A stretch of 58,521 nucleotides of DNA, counting the filler, from Bipalium vagum (taxonomy: Eukaryota), in NCBI GenBank assembly GCA_037834085.1. It is 3 parts of 3 records of this genome, joined end to end, with 100 filler letters (N's around TTAATTAATTAA, not from the genome) between each part and the next. Parts side by side here need not be neighbours in the genome. Positions count along the whole stretch, not along the records: positions 1 to 19,802 come from JBBMKC010267463.1; 2 more parts are not named here. The stretch is one strand, 5' to 3'. The notes under the pieces were generated by a model. The model did not search any database. It saw only the letters and a program-made list of their open reading frames with translations, and had not been told where the DNA came from. Below are positions 1 through 13,916 of the stretch, piece after piece (within the stretch, counting starts at the first letter, position 1; each line of letters begins with the position of its first letter). Position numbers and translations under genes: made by a program.

Positions 1-2639
1 TTACTACACATTGAAAAGACGTCAGAGTTATAAAAAGTATTTATTCAAACAAAACATAATTACGTAACACGTAACTGTTTCAATACTGAATATTATTGAT
101 GCTTCTTTTGTATTAAAATCCTTACATACATAAAATAAGCAAATTAATTCTATTAAAAGAATATTAAAATTTCTTATGAAAGTTGATTTTAGTTTCATTA
201 ATTCGAAATATCAATAAAATAGGTTCATTACCAAAACAAATTTTTAAAAAATTTATAATCTTTGGTGAAAGAGATATTTTTGGTAATACTGTTAATTAAT
301 ATTTAAAAGCTTGTAAATCTATATAGCTTTAATAAAGTGATTTTCTTTATAATTTTTATAGAAAAAGTGAATAAATTTTTTAATGATAATTTTCTTGAGC
401 TACATATCTTAACATAGATTCAAACAAATTACATTTTATTCATTAGTTTTTGTCTTTGAAGCAATTTTGACAATTAAAATATAATTAGTTAAATATTAAT
501 TACCTTTGTTTAATTTTCCAAAAAAATAGAATTATAAATAAATATTGATTATAAATAGTATATTTTTGAAAATATCATAAATAAAATGTCAAATTATAAA
601 TATAATTGGATTAATTTTATTTATTAATATATTTATTTTATAATTGATATCATTGATAGAATACGAATATTAAAATTTAAAATTAATTATGTATTTTACA
701 AAAAATTGTTTTATATTCTTTTTTTTATAAAATCCTCTTACAAATTAAATATATTTATCTAATTATGTAAGATTTTTTAAAAATTAATTTATATATGGTC
801 ACTAATTCTTACCAGTGATGATATCAAAAAATGTATGTATAAATATTATTTAAAAATATTTTATTCCAATAATAATTGTTTGTTCAGAACGTCAAATATC
901 TAATTTGTAAAATGAATTACTAAGTTTATAGATAAATTAAAAATATTATGAATTTTACAATACACCAAGGCATGAACCAATATTGTTTAAAAACTTTACA
1001 TTTAATCGGAAGTTTGCTCTGGTCAGTCAAATAAAACCATGGGAGATGAGAGTTAATGAATTCCTGGTAGACCAGTTTCACATCATTATTGGATATTGGT
1101 CTTCCTTGAATTGCTTTGACAGAAACATTAGTTAGAATTTTACTCTGTATTTGTACACGTGTTACGAACCTGTCACTTTCGCAGACTCTAAATTTTTATA
1201 TTATTGCACAGTTCTCTTAGATGTTCAGGATGGTAATTGTATTTCATCCATTGACAGTATCTTGCAACTGTGCTTCGATGAAGCTGTAAAAGATTTGTGA
1301 TTCTTATGTAGATCAATCTAGCATCAAATTTCAGGAAATAAATTCGATTCGAAAATCACTTAAGTATTTTGATATATAAACTATTCAAACAAATTTACTA
1401 ATAAAACATACTTATTTAATTATCTTTCAACTTAATGAGTTTATAATTTATAGTTTATAGATTAATTTATTTAATAAATACTAAATTGTTAAAGTATAAA
1501 ATTATTTGTCCACTACTGTATATCCATTTTAAATAAAATTGATTAATTAAAACAATTGAATTATATTTTTCAGCTTACAAAGATAAATTCAAACAGGATA
1601 AATATGTAAATTATACAAAAAATTGAACAGGAAATATTAGGCCAATGTCAAATAATTAACTATTAAATTTGGTAATATTATAAATTACAAATTTTAATCA
1701 TTGACAATCCTTATGAAGTTTTTTAAAATCTTGATTAAATTTATCTTTCCTACTATGTTTTGATTTTTATGTTTGCTGTAGGATAAAAGAATAGTAATTA
1801 AGCAGATTTAATAATATATCTTATATATGTATTTTAAAATAATAATACGTTAATAAATTATAACTAGTTACATATTGTTTTTTTACATTTTTAATAATAA
1901 AAATTAATTATTCTTTATAGCAATTTTCTTATGATTAATTGTTATTAGTTGCAATAAATCCGTTAAAGAGACACAATGATCCATCTTCTAATCTAAATTA
2001 TTTTTATATTCAAGACTGTTTTCGTTACTCTTATTAAAAATTATAATTGAAAAATCTTACATATCAAATGAAAAATGAAGTATAAAAATAAATTATTTCC
2101 TTCCAAAATAAAATGTTAAAAATACTCAATATTCAGAAATATCATTACATTTTAATGAAAGAGAAGACAAAAATATCCTTGGTTCTTTAGATATTTTTCT
2201 TTTTACAAAAGTAGTTGAGATAAATGAAAATGAATATATATTGAAATTATTCATGACTTTAATTTTAATATCTTATGTAGAACCGTTTTGTAATTTTACC
2301 TTTTCTTTGTAAAAAATATTATGAGAAGCTTTAATATTTTATTATTTAGATTTCATTCGATTATAAATTTTAAAATATTTGAAATATGAAATTGAGCTAT
2401 TAACCAAATATAAATAGATCTAAATTAAACAATATAAAATTATAATTGAGTTTTAAACAAGTAAATTTTCTTTTTTAATAGAATAAAATTCAAATAAAAA
2501 ACCCATAAAAATATTTTTAGTGTTACATTCATTATTTGGTTATACGCTTATAAAATTAATGAAATAATTAACAATACAAATTAACATAATTTATAGAATT
2601 AATATTTATCTATTGAAAAATATAATATTGCACAAATAC

Positions 2640-5600
2640 CTTTTACTATTAGATTGACTGTTTTATAAAAAACTTCATTTTTTAAAACTAAACTGCATCG
2701 ATATTCTCCTGCATCTGTTTCTTTCACTGGGTCGATTAATAAATTAAACTTTTCTGTATTAAATATTCCTTGAAAATTGATACGAAATCTTGGATCTGGA
2801 GTCACACGGTAAAATCCTCTGGTTAATAGACGCCTAGGATATTTCATCCATGTTACATTGGAGTAATCCTAGTATTGAGAGAAATCTTATTAAGAATTTA
2901 ATTAAAATTAACCTTTTTTAAGTTTAGATATATTTTCAAGATAAAATTAAATTTTTTTAATTTTAGAAATATTTTAAGGTAAAATTAAAATAAGCTAATG
3001 TTTTGTTTATATTCAATAGAAAAAATTTTATTAAAATAATATTTTTAATAAATATCTTATTAAAATATTTGTTTAACACAATTAATAAAATCAGAAGACT
3101 TACTGCCAGACTCAGTTTTGCATTTATGATACATTTCAATTCGACTGTTTTATTGTTTACTTCATTTATTGTCTCAGTTTTATTTATAAAATAAAAGTCG
3201 CTTGAGGATGAAGTTTTAAATTCTGAAAGAAATTTCAATTGATAAAGTGAAATAAAAATAAAATCAATAAATTTATACAAATCCATAATAATATTTTTGA
3301 AATGATCATTTTGTCTGAGATATGAAAGTTTTTGATCTAGGACATTTGGCTTAGACTCAGCTGTTGAGCAGGCCATAAGCAAACTTTGAATTAATAATTT
3401 TATTTCTTTATATCAGAAAATTTATGGAAAAATTATTTAATAAAACATTATTAAGAAAATGAATTACTGCGATATAATATATTTTCAAAAATTCTTTTTA
3501 TATTCTCTAAATTTATTACAATAAAATAAAATAAATAAAAACTATGATTGTACTGCAGTTAATTTTCAAAATCTAATTTCAAAGAATTAATATGAAATTA
3601 TCTTATAAAAAATCTTTAGAATAATAATTTAAAAATAATTACTATAAAAAGTTTAGGATAAACAGGCCATTTTTAATTAAATAAAAGAATTAATTAAAAA
3701 TATAAATTGAATTTAAAAACAACAAATTTATAATTAAGTTCTCATTGATTGACAAAAGTTTTCTTGTAATACAAGTTTTTTTTAATACTTACATAAAATC
3801 ATTATAAAACATTGAAATCATCAAGGTAGTATCTAAGAAAAAAATAATATTCATAGTTCAAAAGCCATTAAAATATCTGAAATATTGTTTAGATACAAAA
3901 TAATTAATATACAGGATTTTCGATAAAAATATAGAACGTTAATAGGCAAAACACGAAGTGATTCCAACAATGCTGTTTTTCAGTCATATTTTGAACCCAT
4001 TACTAATATTAAATAATTCAAACTTGATTAATCTATTTTATTGATAAATTATCCTACTTAAAAAATAATTTCTCAAATAAGCTTCTTTTGAAATAACTCT
4101 GAATATGTTTCGGATTCATCTCGACAACCTGTAAAAAATATTTCAATAATGAAAATAAAATTTGCCGTTGAATTTGGATATGGTAACTGACACAAAACAT
4201 CGTTTCATTTATTGGTGTACAACATTAAAAAAAATAAAAATAAATTCAAGTTTTTATCAAATAAAATACGTATGATAATCAATGAAAAGTAAATAATAAT
4301 TAAGGTAAAATTATCTTTTTTACAGTCAATAAGATCAATAATTATATATTTTTAAATTAATACACAAAATAGTTATGATTATGAACAAGAAAATTCAAAT
4401 AAGAGGCAAAGATCTGCGATTGTTTCAGTTATACCAGGCGAATCTAATATATACTGACTCTGTCATCAATTTAACTAGAAGAAATTTTATGAACTAATAA
4501 CTTGTTCAGATACCCATTCAGTCATCGTGTATGATTTCAGGAAAAGAAATTTTAATTCGACCTTTTTATTGAATCTTGTTTGCAGTCATATCTTACTTGA
4601 CTTTGCAAAAAATTTTTAAATATTATTAAGAAAGAGACAATACGGTAACAGATACTAAGCCTGGAATTCTTCAAAATTCAATTTTATTACCATGTGTACG
4701 ATAATTATCTACAATCAATATAAGAGCTTAATCCCTATTTCGTCACACTTGTCTTTTATCTCAGTTAGACCAACTTGGAAATTTTCTTCATTAACTGCAC
4801 AATCATGTAACGATTTATATCTGTTCACACCAACTACTAGGTAAATGTTTTGGTTTCTTACTTATGGAAATACTACTTTGTTATATTTATATTTTAAATT
4901 CAAATTCATCTAAAAATATAAATAATTCAATTAAAGTATTTTGCTCAAATTTATGAAACTCTTGAGAATACTTGAATCTTGATTCACTTATAAGATCAGT
5001 GTTTCTGGTACTCGAATAATACTGATTTTACCAGATATAATAGTGACTTAATTGGTTGTAACTCTTACTTGAGAACTGACTAAATCAAATACAATAATGA
5101 CCCAACCAATGGCAATAATGAATTAATAGATCGAAATAACTGTAGGTCAGGCAAAAAATGAGGAGCCTCTTTCCAACCAATCATAAGATAAAGTTATAAA
5201 AATTATAAAAATTTGAAATATAATATTATTTAGACTGATTACTATCATTGTTAAAGTTATAGATAATTTCTCTGAAAATTTTTAACTATTAAATAGTTTT
5301 ATATAAAAATAAATGCTAAAAAAATTCACAAATGTTAAGGTCTCAAAAATAAAAAGAAATCAATCTTAAGTTTAATTATTAATTTATTAACCATTAAAAT
5401 CCAATAACAAAATCTTTCTGGTGAAAAGATTAACATTCAAAAATATAATTTTAATAAATATTTATATTGGAAAAATGTTTCTAGAAATAATGAAAAATAG
5501 GAACATTATATTTATTCAAATAATTACCTTTCCAGAATTTATATATATTCTTAATAATCATTAATAGAAAAAATATTATTATTTGTTACAGTTATTAAGA

Positions 5601-5992
5601 GGTAAATCTAAAAAATTTTAATAGGATAATATATTTAGGAATGATACTTCTGATACACATTCGTTTCAAAGTAGCTAATGAAGTGGAATTTATAAAACAT
5701 TAATTGAATATCAATTTCTTATAATCCCCTACCTGCGGGACATCAATTAATAATCAAATAGTTTCTAAAATAATAGGTTTTCATTTCTATAGTAACGTAA
5801 AGATATCTATAAAATAAAAAGATATAATATAAAATTTATGAAAATAAAATAATTATAAAAAAATGCTAACTTTAGATATTAATGTATTAATGTAATTCTT
5901 TTATTTCAAGGTTTATTAATATAAAAATAAATTAACAAACCCAAGACAAGTAAAATTGAACTTATAAGTCTTAATAACACTGTTTCGGCCAT
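2640..5992 (-). CDS. Ig-superfamily cell-surface protein (lachesin/DIP/Dpr/IgLON-like), first three coding exons; 3' exons not identified
   Basis: Exons 5992-5941 (MAETVLLRLISSILLVL, signal-peptide-like), 3222-3104 (…TVELKCII…) and 2868-2640 (VTWMK…LLT…RF…FNLLIDPVKETDAGEYRC…KTVNLIVK) join in frame with GT-AG boundaries (phases 1,0,1). They give a complete V-type Ig domain with C, W and DxGxYxC. Confidence 0.8.
4570..4860 (-). mobile_element. Decayed Tc1/IS630-type DDE transposase fragment (inside Ig-gene intron)
   Basis: Minus-strand frames give IVDNYRTH and YLLPYCLFLNNI*KFF, resembling DNxxxH and YLPPYSPxLNPIE; stops and frameshifts present. Confidence 0.5.
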
Positions 5993-6429
5993 CTATTTCG
6001 TAACTTGTAACTCTTCAAAAGGAACCGATCTAAATGAATAAAAGTTTTAAAAGTAATAAATGTAATAAAGTAAATTTTTGTGCAGAATAAATTACTTCAA
6101 GAATATAAAATTATTTATTCACAGGTAATTAAAAATTATTATAATAAATAATAATAATAACTTTGTAATAATAATTAACTGATAGTTTCAAATCATTTTT
6201 CATATCTTTATATAAATTTCAAAAGATATAAAGAAATTACGATATATTATGATTTATCCTAATTGTTTAGCTGTTTCTCTACAAGACTCACGTATAAGAA
6301 TGTTCTTTTGGAAGACTTCAAATTCTTCTACCTAAATTACATATTAAGATATATGTTTCTTTGTCAGAGCATATTAATTCCTTTCAATTTTCCTTTCATA
6401 GTAACATCTACTGCAAATCGTCTACTAAG

Positions 6430-6730
6430 AATTAATAAAAGTTAAAATGGTGATATCTAAATCTAGTAAAATTTCTTGAACCGTTGTACATGATTCAACT
6501 GGATCCAATCCCTATAAATGGTAATTGTTGATGATCGTCTTTCGTTCACGGTCTTTCTTAACTTCGAGTGTCTCTTCTCCAACATGAAACTTTTTGAAAA
6601 AACGTAATAAAGTTCGTTCTTTAGTAATTCGTTTACCAAATAACTAGTTAATGTTGCCATTTGCTTCCGCTGCTTTAGGACCCAGTTTAAACTAGTATAA
6701 GAAAATGATACGTAATAGCATATTTTTCAT
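6430..6730 (-). mobile_element. Mariner transposase N-terminal (HTH) remnant
   Basis: Translation MKNMLLRIIFLY*FKLGPKAAEANGNIN*LFG…ERTLLRFFKKFHVGEETLE parallels the mariner N-terminus (IRAIFLFEFKMGRKAAETTRNIN…ERTVQWWFKKF). The listed ORF 6463..6660 is a different, spurious frame. Confidence 0.75.
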
Positions 6731-8222
6731 ATTACATTATCAAATTAATAATCAGGTAGTGTAAAATTAAATAATGAAGAAATACAGAAATATGTGGAAA
6801 TCAAAAACTAAAATGTTATATTATTCGAATTCAAATAATACAAAATTTATGTCAAAATAACATCAAATAAATAAGATTTATAAAACAGTCAATAATTTTT
6901 AAACGCAGTAAATCAATAGATCAGAATATGGTTTGACTTTTATTTTAATCTTTTTTTATTATTAGAGTTTTATTAAGAAAACATTGAAAAAGAAAGTTAA
7001 AGCAACCAGATTTTTATCATTCTGATTAATTTCCAGGTCGGTTGAAGATAAATGAGTTGAAGAATAGATTTTGTTAAAATAAATGTTATGATATAATTTA
7101 CTATTTAGCCCTAAAAAATATAGATATTGTTGGTAATTTTTTTCAGTAAACTAGAAGTGCCTATCAATAATTGTCCTACTAAAAATAAAATATTTTAACA
7201 TCATATATGGATTTTATAATAATATTGTTTTAAAATTAAAAAACATATTTAAAAATTCATCAAAATACAATTCTTGTCCTCTTTTATCAAATAGATTAAT
7301 TTCGCATTAGTGATTTCAATTTTAAGCAAAATTATTTAGAAAATACTTTAATGTTTTATTTTTGAATGTTAATATTATTTTAAAAATAATTAATAATCTT
7401 TTCTCAATTAATTAAATTCAAAATCTACTTACATTTTACATAATATTAATTATAATTATGCTAATTATTGTAAGTTTATAAAAACTTATATGATTCTTAA
7501 ATATGATTCTTTTATATTATTTAATTCAGAAAATAGTTTGAAAAAAGATGTATGTAAACTAAATATATAGACATACAAAAAGATATACGACAAACTATAA
7601 AAATCTTCAAAAATATGAAAAAATTAAATTAATGCAAACTTAAACAATGAGAAAAGTAATTTATTGATTAACAGAAATTAATGAGGTTTTCAGAAATATA
7701 AAACCGACAAAGATAAAATTAATTATTTTCTATCATTTAATTATATGTATCCAAATATATCTAATATTTTTTGTAAAAAATATTACATCATGAAAATACG
7801 AAATTATCAATTTAATAAAAAGTGGACATTTTCTAGAAAAATAAAAAATCATAAAACTTTATTTTACTAAATATAAATATACACAGAATAACTTTTGATC
7901 TATAAATATTACAACAAATATGACAGGAGACTCGGTGTGTGCAGAAATTAAAAATATATATAAATTATAAATAATATTTTACAATTTTTTATGATTTTTA
8001 AAGTTATAACCATAATATTTATTAAATAATAACTAAATAAAGTTATGGAGAAACGATTTATCACAGATTTTTAAAAAAGTGAAATTGTTAAATGAAGTTC
8101 TGAATAAAATATAAAATAAAAATTAAATTTTTAATATTTCTTTAAAAATTGATATAATTATTTTACTTAATGATATTAATAATTCGAAAATACAGAAAAT
8201 CAGCACATTATTATTAATATAT

Positions 8223-8700
8223 TATTAGGCTGTTCAGAAGGTTTTGCACAAATTTTGTACATTCATTTTAAAACACCATAAGTCAGTCGAAACAAAAGGT
8301 TTATTGATTAAATTAAAATTATTAGCGTTTACACACTTTTGCCAATAAATTGGTAGATTTTCCATTCCTATGCGATAGAATTCAGTAGATCTAGAGGCAA
8401 TGAACAGTTCAAATTTCTTTTTAGCACCTCTTCGTTCTGAAATCTTTTTCCATTCAAATAATTTTGTAAATGTTTGAATAAATGGAAATCATTTGGTGAT
8501 TAATCGGTCAGAACCAGATGTGACAGAATTTCATAATTTAAGCTTTTCAGCTTATCCGATGATTTGCTTTCCTATGTACGGATGGACATTGTCATATAAT
8601 AGATCAATGCTTGGTACATTCTTTTCAAATTTTCTTGCATAATATCAATTTCTAGGCATCATTTCTCTCTTTTCCTGGTAATCGAAGAATACTATTTTAG
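8223..8700 (-). mobile_element. Mariner transposase C-terminal remnant with probable terminal inverted repeat
   Basis: Minus strand reads LLYDN…SPNDFHLFKHLQNYLNGKRFQNEE…FELFIASRSTEFYRIGMENLPIYWQKCVNAN, a typical mariner C-terminus. TA+TTAGGCTG at ~8223 resembles a mariner end. Confidence 0.8.
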
Positions 8701-11180
8701 TGGTATAAAAAAGCTTCATATTAAAAGGCAAAAGTGTATTGATAAAAAGTTGAATATTTAGATTAACTAGGTTTTAGAAAAGTTATTTTTCAAAAAGTTA
8801 AATGTAAATATTTTCTCCTAAACCGGCAACCTATATATCGATACTATAAAAACTCCTTCTAAAACTTGCCTGTCCTGTGTTTTGGATATTAATTTTGCAG
8901 GATTTTAAAGAATTCTAATATCTTATGTATTATTTAAGAAGATCAAATAAACAAAATATAGTTTATGAATATTAGGCTGTTATTATATTTAAGTTCAATA
9001 AAACCAAAACATTCATGAGTGATTTCGTGAATTTTTACTTGACAATTAGTATTTAAAGTAATTTAAATATATTTTAATGTTATATATTTTACGCTCATTT
9101 TATTCTTAAGAAATGAAATAAGAAATTCAAGAATTACATTGTTTTACCAGAAACAGAATTGTATTCCTTAATTTTATATCTGTTAATCCATCTTCTAATA
9201 TGAAATATATATATCATTTTGACATGCTTAGTATTAAAATTTTTAATTTGGTTTCAAAAGTTATACTTTAAAAAGGTTTTAACCATAACCTATCGACTTA
9301 TTGTTTTAAATCTTAATTTTTTTATATAAAAATATACTCAAAACTAAAAAATTTACAAGCAGGCAGAATTTGAATAAAATCGATTTATAGAATTAAAAGC
9401 GATGTCACGTTTTTATTTAATTTAAATAATCAGGAAAAATCAAATTTTCATATTATTTTCTTTCCAAAGGCAATTTAGAAAAAGGTGCCATAGAAATATT
9501 ATTATTAGGGAATATTAAATTGTAAATAATAAAAATAGATTATTTTTGATATTTTTGTAAAGAAAAACCAATGTAAAGGAAAATGTATGGTAAATGAAGA
9601 TAATTGATGCTGAAAATATGATAGAACAGCTGTCAATGTGTCATGTCAAATGTTAAAACTTAAGAAAATTTGCCATATAATTTGAGAAAATTATTTCAAT
9701 GTGAATCTTATTATATTAAATTTAAGAAAGTCTGATTAGGACTTCGTAAGTATATGATGTATTAGACTCCATGACTGCATTAAAGATTTTTTTATTAAGT
9801 CTTGTGAAACATTGGGAATATAGTTTCATTATCTTTTGAATTAATTACATGTAAAATGTGGTAGATTATTTATTTATCCATCTATTACGAAGTCTGATAA
9901 TATTGATATAAATATCAATTAATAATTCAAAAGAATTATTCAGAAATTCTTAATTATTTAAAATAAAATATTAATAATAATTTAATTAATTAATAAAATA
10001 ACTTTTGTGTTCCTTAATAATGACTATAAGGATATGAAAACAAGATAAAAACTAAGAATTATAATCAATATTATAAAGCAAGTGATGAATTTATCTTTAC
10101 AATTACTACTTTCATTTATGTATAAATTATATATTAGATCAGATAATTATTTCTAAATCGTTAAATGAAGTTGTTATAAATGAACCCAATTTTATACTAA
10201 TTAAATTTTAATGAATTGAAGAAAATTAATTCGTATTATACATGCAAATAAGATTATTAAATAATTTAAGAAAGAAATTAAATCGAAAATAGAATAATAA
10301 TAAAAAAATAATAAAATATAAGTAATTATTAATATAATTAAATGATATTTAATGAATCTTGAAAATAAGATAATTTTGAAGTAAAATTGAAGATTATTAA
10401 GTTTTCTTGAATATATTTTCACCAAAAGGTTCATCGTATTGTACCAAAATTTTGCTCAAAAGTAATTTAAAATTTTTCTTTTAATTTTTGTTACGAAGTC
10501 AAATAAATAAATTGTTAAGGTTCCTCTTAAAATTTAATATTTTTGAAAAGATTTCTTTACTTTTCAGACATTCTATTGTGAACAGCTTGAAAATATGATC
10601 AAGACATATAAGTATAATTTAAACTGCGGACCATTTACATAAAATTATTCAAAAAATTATCCAACAACGATATTAAAAATATAAATGAAAATTTTGTTTT
10701 ACTGAAGGAAATCTCTATTCTATGAATTTTCTATATTATTTATTTATTTATTTAAAATATAATCTTTTGTGCAATATGTTAAGATACTTTACTGAAAAAT
10801 TTTTAGAATTTGCAATTAATTAACAATGAAAGATTTTTATAGTGATCCCACAGTATATACTATTGTATTAATATTTGTTATTACTAAATAAATAATAATT
10901 TAGATTAAACACAAATAAATTGACAACAATTTTAAGTGTTTTTCAAAATCACCAGAATTAATATTTAAATGAGCTTCTCGAAAAAATTATTTATTCAAAA
11001 TATTTAACAGATTTTATTTATAAAGGATCACCTAAGACCATTCAGTCTCTCATTTTTCTCACTTGAGATTTTTCTCAGATGATATTTGATTTATCAATAT
11101 TATTTATTAATTATTCTCTTAAAAACCAAGATAAAATATTAAAGAATACTCGTTTAAGCATTATAAAAACCAATACTTAC

Positions 11181-11560
11181 CTTCAACAAGCAGATAATTG
11201 AAAATTGTTAATCCCAATCATCCAATAGACATTTATAAGGAAAAAGTAAGACTCAAATGACCAATAAAAACACAATGAAAATTACAAGAAAATAAATCCA
11301 AGTTAATGTCACATAAGTGAATTAGCCAATAACTCCTAATTGAAATAGTCAATCCAGAATCCCATTGTCGTTGTCAGTTTTTTAATATGACGATTAACAG
11401 TCAAGGATGACGTATCTTCGATTTTAGCTACAATTTTGCTGTTTATTTGCATAATTTTTTCCGGGATTTTCTTTATAGGTTACATATATAACTTAATTGT
11501 GAGGAGAAACGGTGGTCTGTCTTCTGGGAAAATGAGAATCAACTGTAAGGCGTAAAAAAT
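11181..11560 (-). other. Probable non-coding first exon / promoter region of the Ig gene
   Basis: Consensus donor GAAG|GTAAGT at 11181/11180 at the edge of a locally GC-richer stretch, and a matching acceptor (CATTTAG) ~37 nt upstream of the Ig ATG at 5992. The upstream boundary is a guess. Confidence 0.35.
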
Positions 11561-13089
11561 AATTAGTTTGGTCGAATAGTTGCGTTATGAATTTTTAGAT
11601 TTTGTTGATATTGATTTGTGCGATATTTTTTAAAAATAATTTCGCACAACTATTAAAAATAACTATTATATAATTTAATTTAATTTTATTAATGCTAAAG
11701 CTCTTTATTTGAAAATTTCTAGTAAATCAATGAAATCAATGAAATAAATTAATAGAGTTTTATATAAATATTAAATTAATGATAAAAATAAGAAATTGGT
11801 GAATATTTATATTTTTTCAAATTTTCTAAACTAATTTTCTTATTAATTATGATATAACAATTTTTCATTTTACAATAGGAAGGAAACAAATCAAATTATA
11901 ATCTGACTTTTTTTAATTTACTTAAAATAATTACAAAAATAAATTAAATTATTTTTCAATCAATAAATTTCTTGAAAATAGGATAATGAAAACATAAAAT
12001 TTAATACATATTTATTTCTTTGGAATAAAGTTAAGTAAAATACGGTGATGTCTTGAACAATAAAGTCATAATTTTATTTTTCAGTAAATAATAAAATAAT
12101 AAAACTCATAATTATATATCATAAAAATTTATTACGCGATTATTCTACAACAATATTGGTTTCACTGTTTTATTACTTAATTAGAAATAAACTGAAGTTA
12201 TCTACGAAATTAAAGTTTATTATACAAGTTATTATAAATTCTTGCTCACAATTTTTTTCAAAAATATAAAAATAAAATTTAATATTTATTTTATATATAA
12301 TTAGTGAATATTAGAAACCACCAATTGTTCATATTTGTAATAAACTGAAAAAAGAGATAAGGTTTATTTAATTATCTTATTTTCAATAGAATAAAAATGA
12401 ATAAAATAAAAATTTCGATATTAAATGTATTTTTCTATTTTAGGTCAATAAGCAATTTAATTTTAATTAATTAACACCGTGACTGTAATTTATGACGGAC
12501 CCAACAAAACTTAGAAATATAAAATGAAACGAATTTCAATTACATTTATATAAAAATTACACATATATTTTTAGTAATGTATAAAGAAATAGTTCTGCGC
12601 TCAATTATAAAGTCAAATTTAGGTTAATAAGTGGGTTCACAATATGTGTTTTAATCCTCCAATATCATTATTATTCTGCTATTATTAAGAATAGATATGT
12701 TTATGGAACAAAGTGTTTGTATCAATTTAGATTTCTTGTTTTGAATCCTGAAAATGTTATACAAAACAAATGGAAATAAATGTATTTTTAAAACTGAAGT
12801 TCAATTGTGTAGAAACTGAAAAAATCACACAGAAGTCTATCAAAAATTAAGATAATGTTCAGTTTTCTTTTATTAGAATGTTGTGAACTCTGTATTCTTC
12901 ACGGAAGGTCAGTCATTCAACAAAGATTATTAACTGGAAATAATAAGATGCTTAATTGAAAAAATTAAATCGTAAGGGATACATATATGAAAAAGGGAAA
13001 TCGAGATTCAATATCTACCATTCAATGTGATAGTTATGAATAAATTTTTGGCTAAAAACAAAACAAATATAATTTAAAAAGCTGCATAA

Positions 13090-13290
13090 AGTCTGGATGT
13101 GACCAAATTTGACTTTTTTCTGTTTCTATAATGAAATTAGCACGACGAGAAAATTGTTTCCAGCCGATTGAAGATGTAAAAAGTCTAATTCGTAACTTCA
13201 AGCAATCCGGAAACATGTTTCCTAATATTGTATTGATCACTAGGTTAAGTATTGACATGTGTATCGCTTCAGATGGAGCTTTTTTGAAGT
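13090..13290 (+). mobile_element. Possible decayed Tc1/mariner-superfamily C-terminal fragment
   Basis: SLDVTKFDFF… and …CIASDGAF loosely resemble SPDLxPxDF and CIxxxGxxF; heavily decayed. Confidence 0.35.
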
Positions 13291-13344
13291 TGATAAAATA
13301 AATTTGCTGGCAGCTGTGATTCGAAAGTACCCGGGTCATATCCG

Positions 13345-13690
13345 TCGATGAAGAGCTCTCCTACACATTTCTAGTTTAGCCCAGCAAAAACTTCAAGAGC
13401 TTAATGGGATGGAACTGGTTGAGCATCCTGCATACTCGCCATCCCTTGTCCTTTCTGATTAATACCTTTTCAGATCGATGGCGCCGAGGCCAGGATCAGC
13501 GAATTCTTCGAGTCGAAACCCGCTAAGTGATATCGGACCGGAATTGAAAATTTGACCAAAAGATGTAAACAATTTATATATCGCAATGGATTGTATTTCG
13601 AAAATTGATTTGATTTCTTATTTTTATACACGCTTTTCATATTTTGTTAGTAAGTACGTTTAAAACCTAAAAATCATCCTAATGCACATA
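13345..13690 (+). mobile_element. Mariner transposase C-terminal remnant
   Basis: QQKLQELNGMELVEHPAYSPSLVLSD*YLFRSM…ISEFFESKPAK*YRTGIENLTKRCKQFIYRNGLYFEN* matches the HPxYSPDLAPSDY motif region and the mariner C-terminus; it carries an internal deletion. Confidence 0.85.
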
Positions 13691-13875
13691 TTTAGAAATT
13701 GACGAGGTTTTCGTCACATTAAGACTTTGATTTCCAGGAAAAAGTTATGAGATAGTCAATTTATTTTGAATACAACAATATGTATCGATGTACACAATAA
13801 CAACAATTAAATCATTGATAACAAAAAAATAATTTTGGATTTTATCTGATTGGAATGGATTTCTTGCCGTAAGAT

Positions 13876-13878
<3 letters not shown>

Positions 13879-13914
<36 letters not shown>
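13879..13914. repeat. (TA)n microsatellite
   Basis: About 17-18 uninterrupted TA units. Confidence 0.95.

Positions 13915-13916
<2 letters not shown>

Noticed and set aside
960-1340. GC-richer stretch as the next Ig exon or a hAT remnant
   Set aside because: No phase-1 exon with Ig motifs could be built, and the transposase similarity was too weak to call.
10201-10434. Hydrophobic ORFs in AT-rich DNA (also 3003+, 18001-, 18050+, 34834-, 43666+, 48730+)
   Set aside because: F/I/L/K/N-rich composition is what random AT-rich sequence yields; no motifs or splice support.
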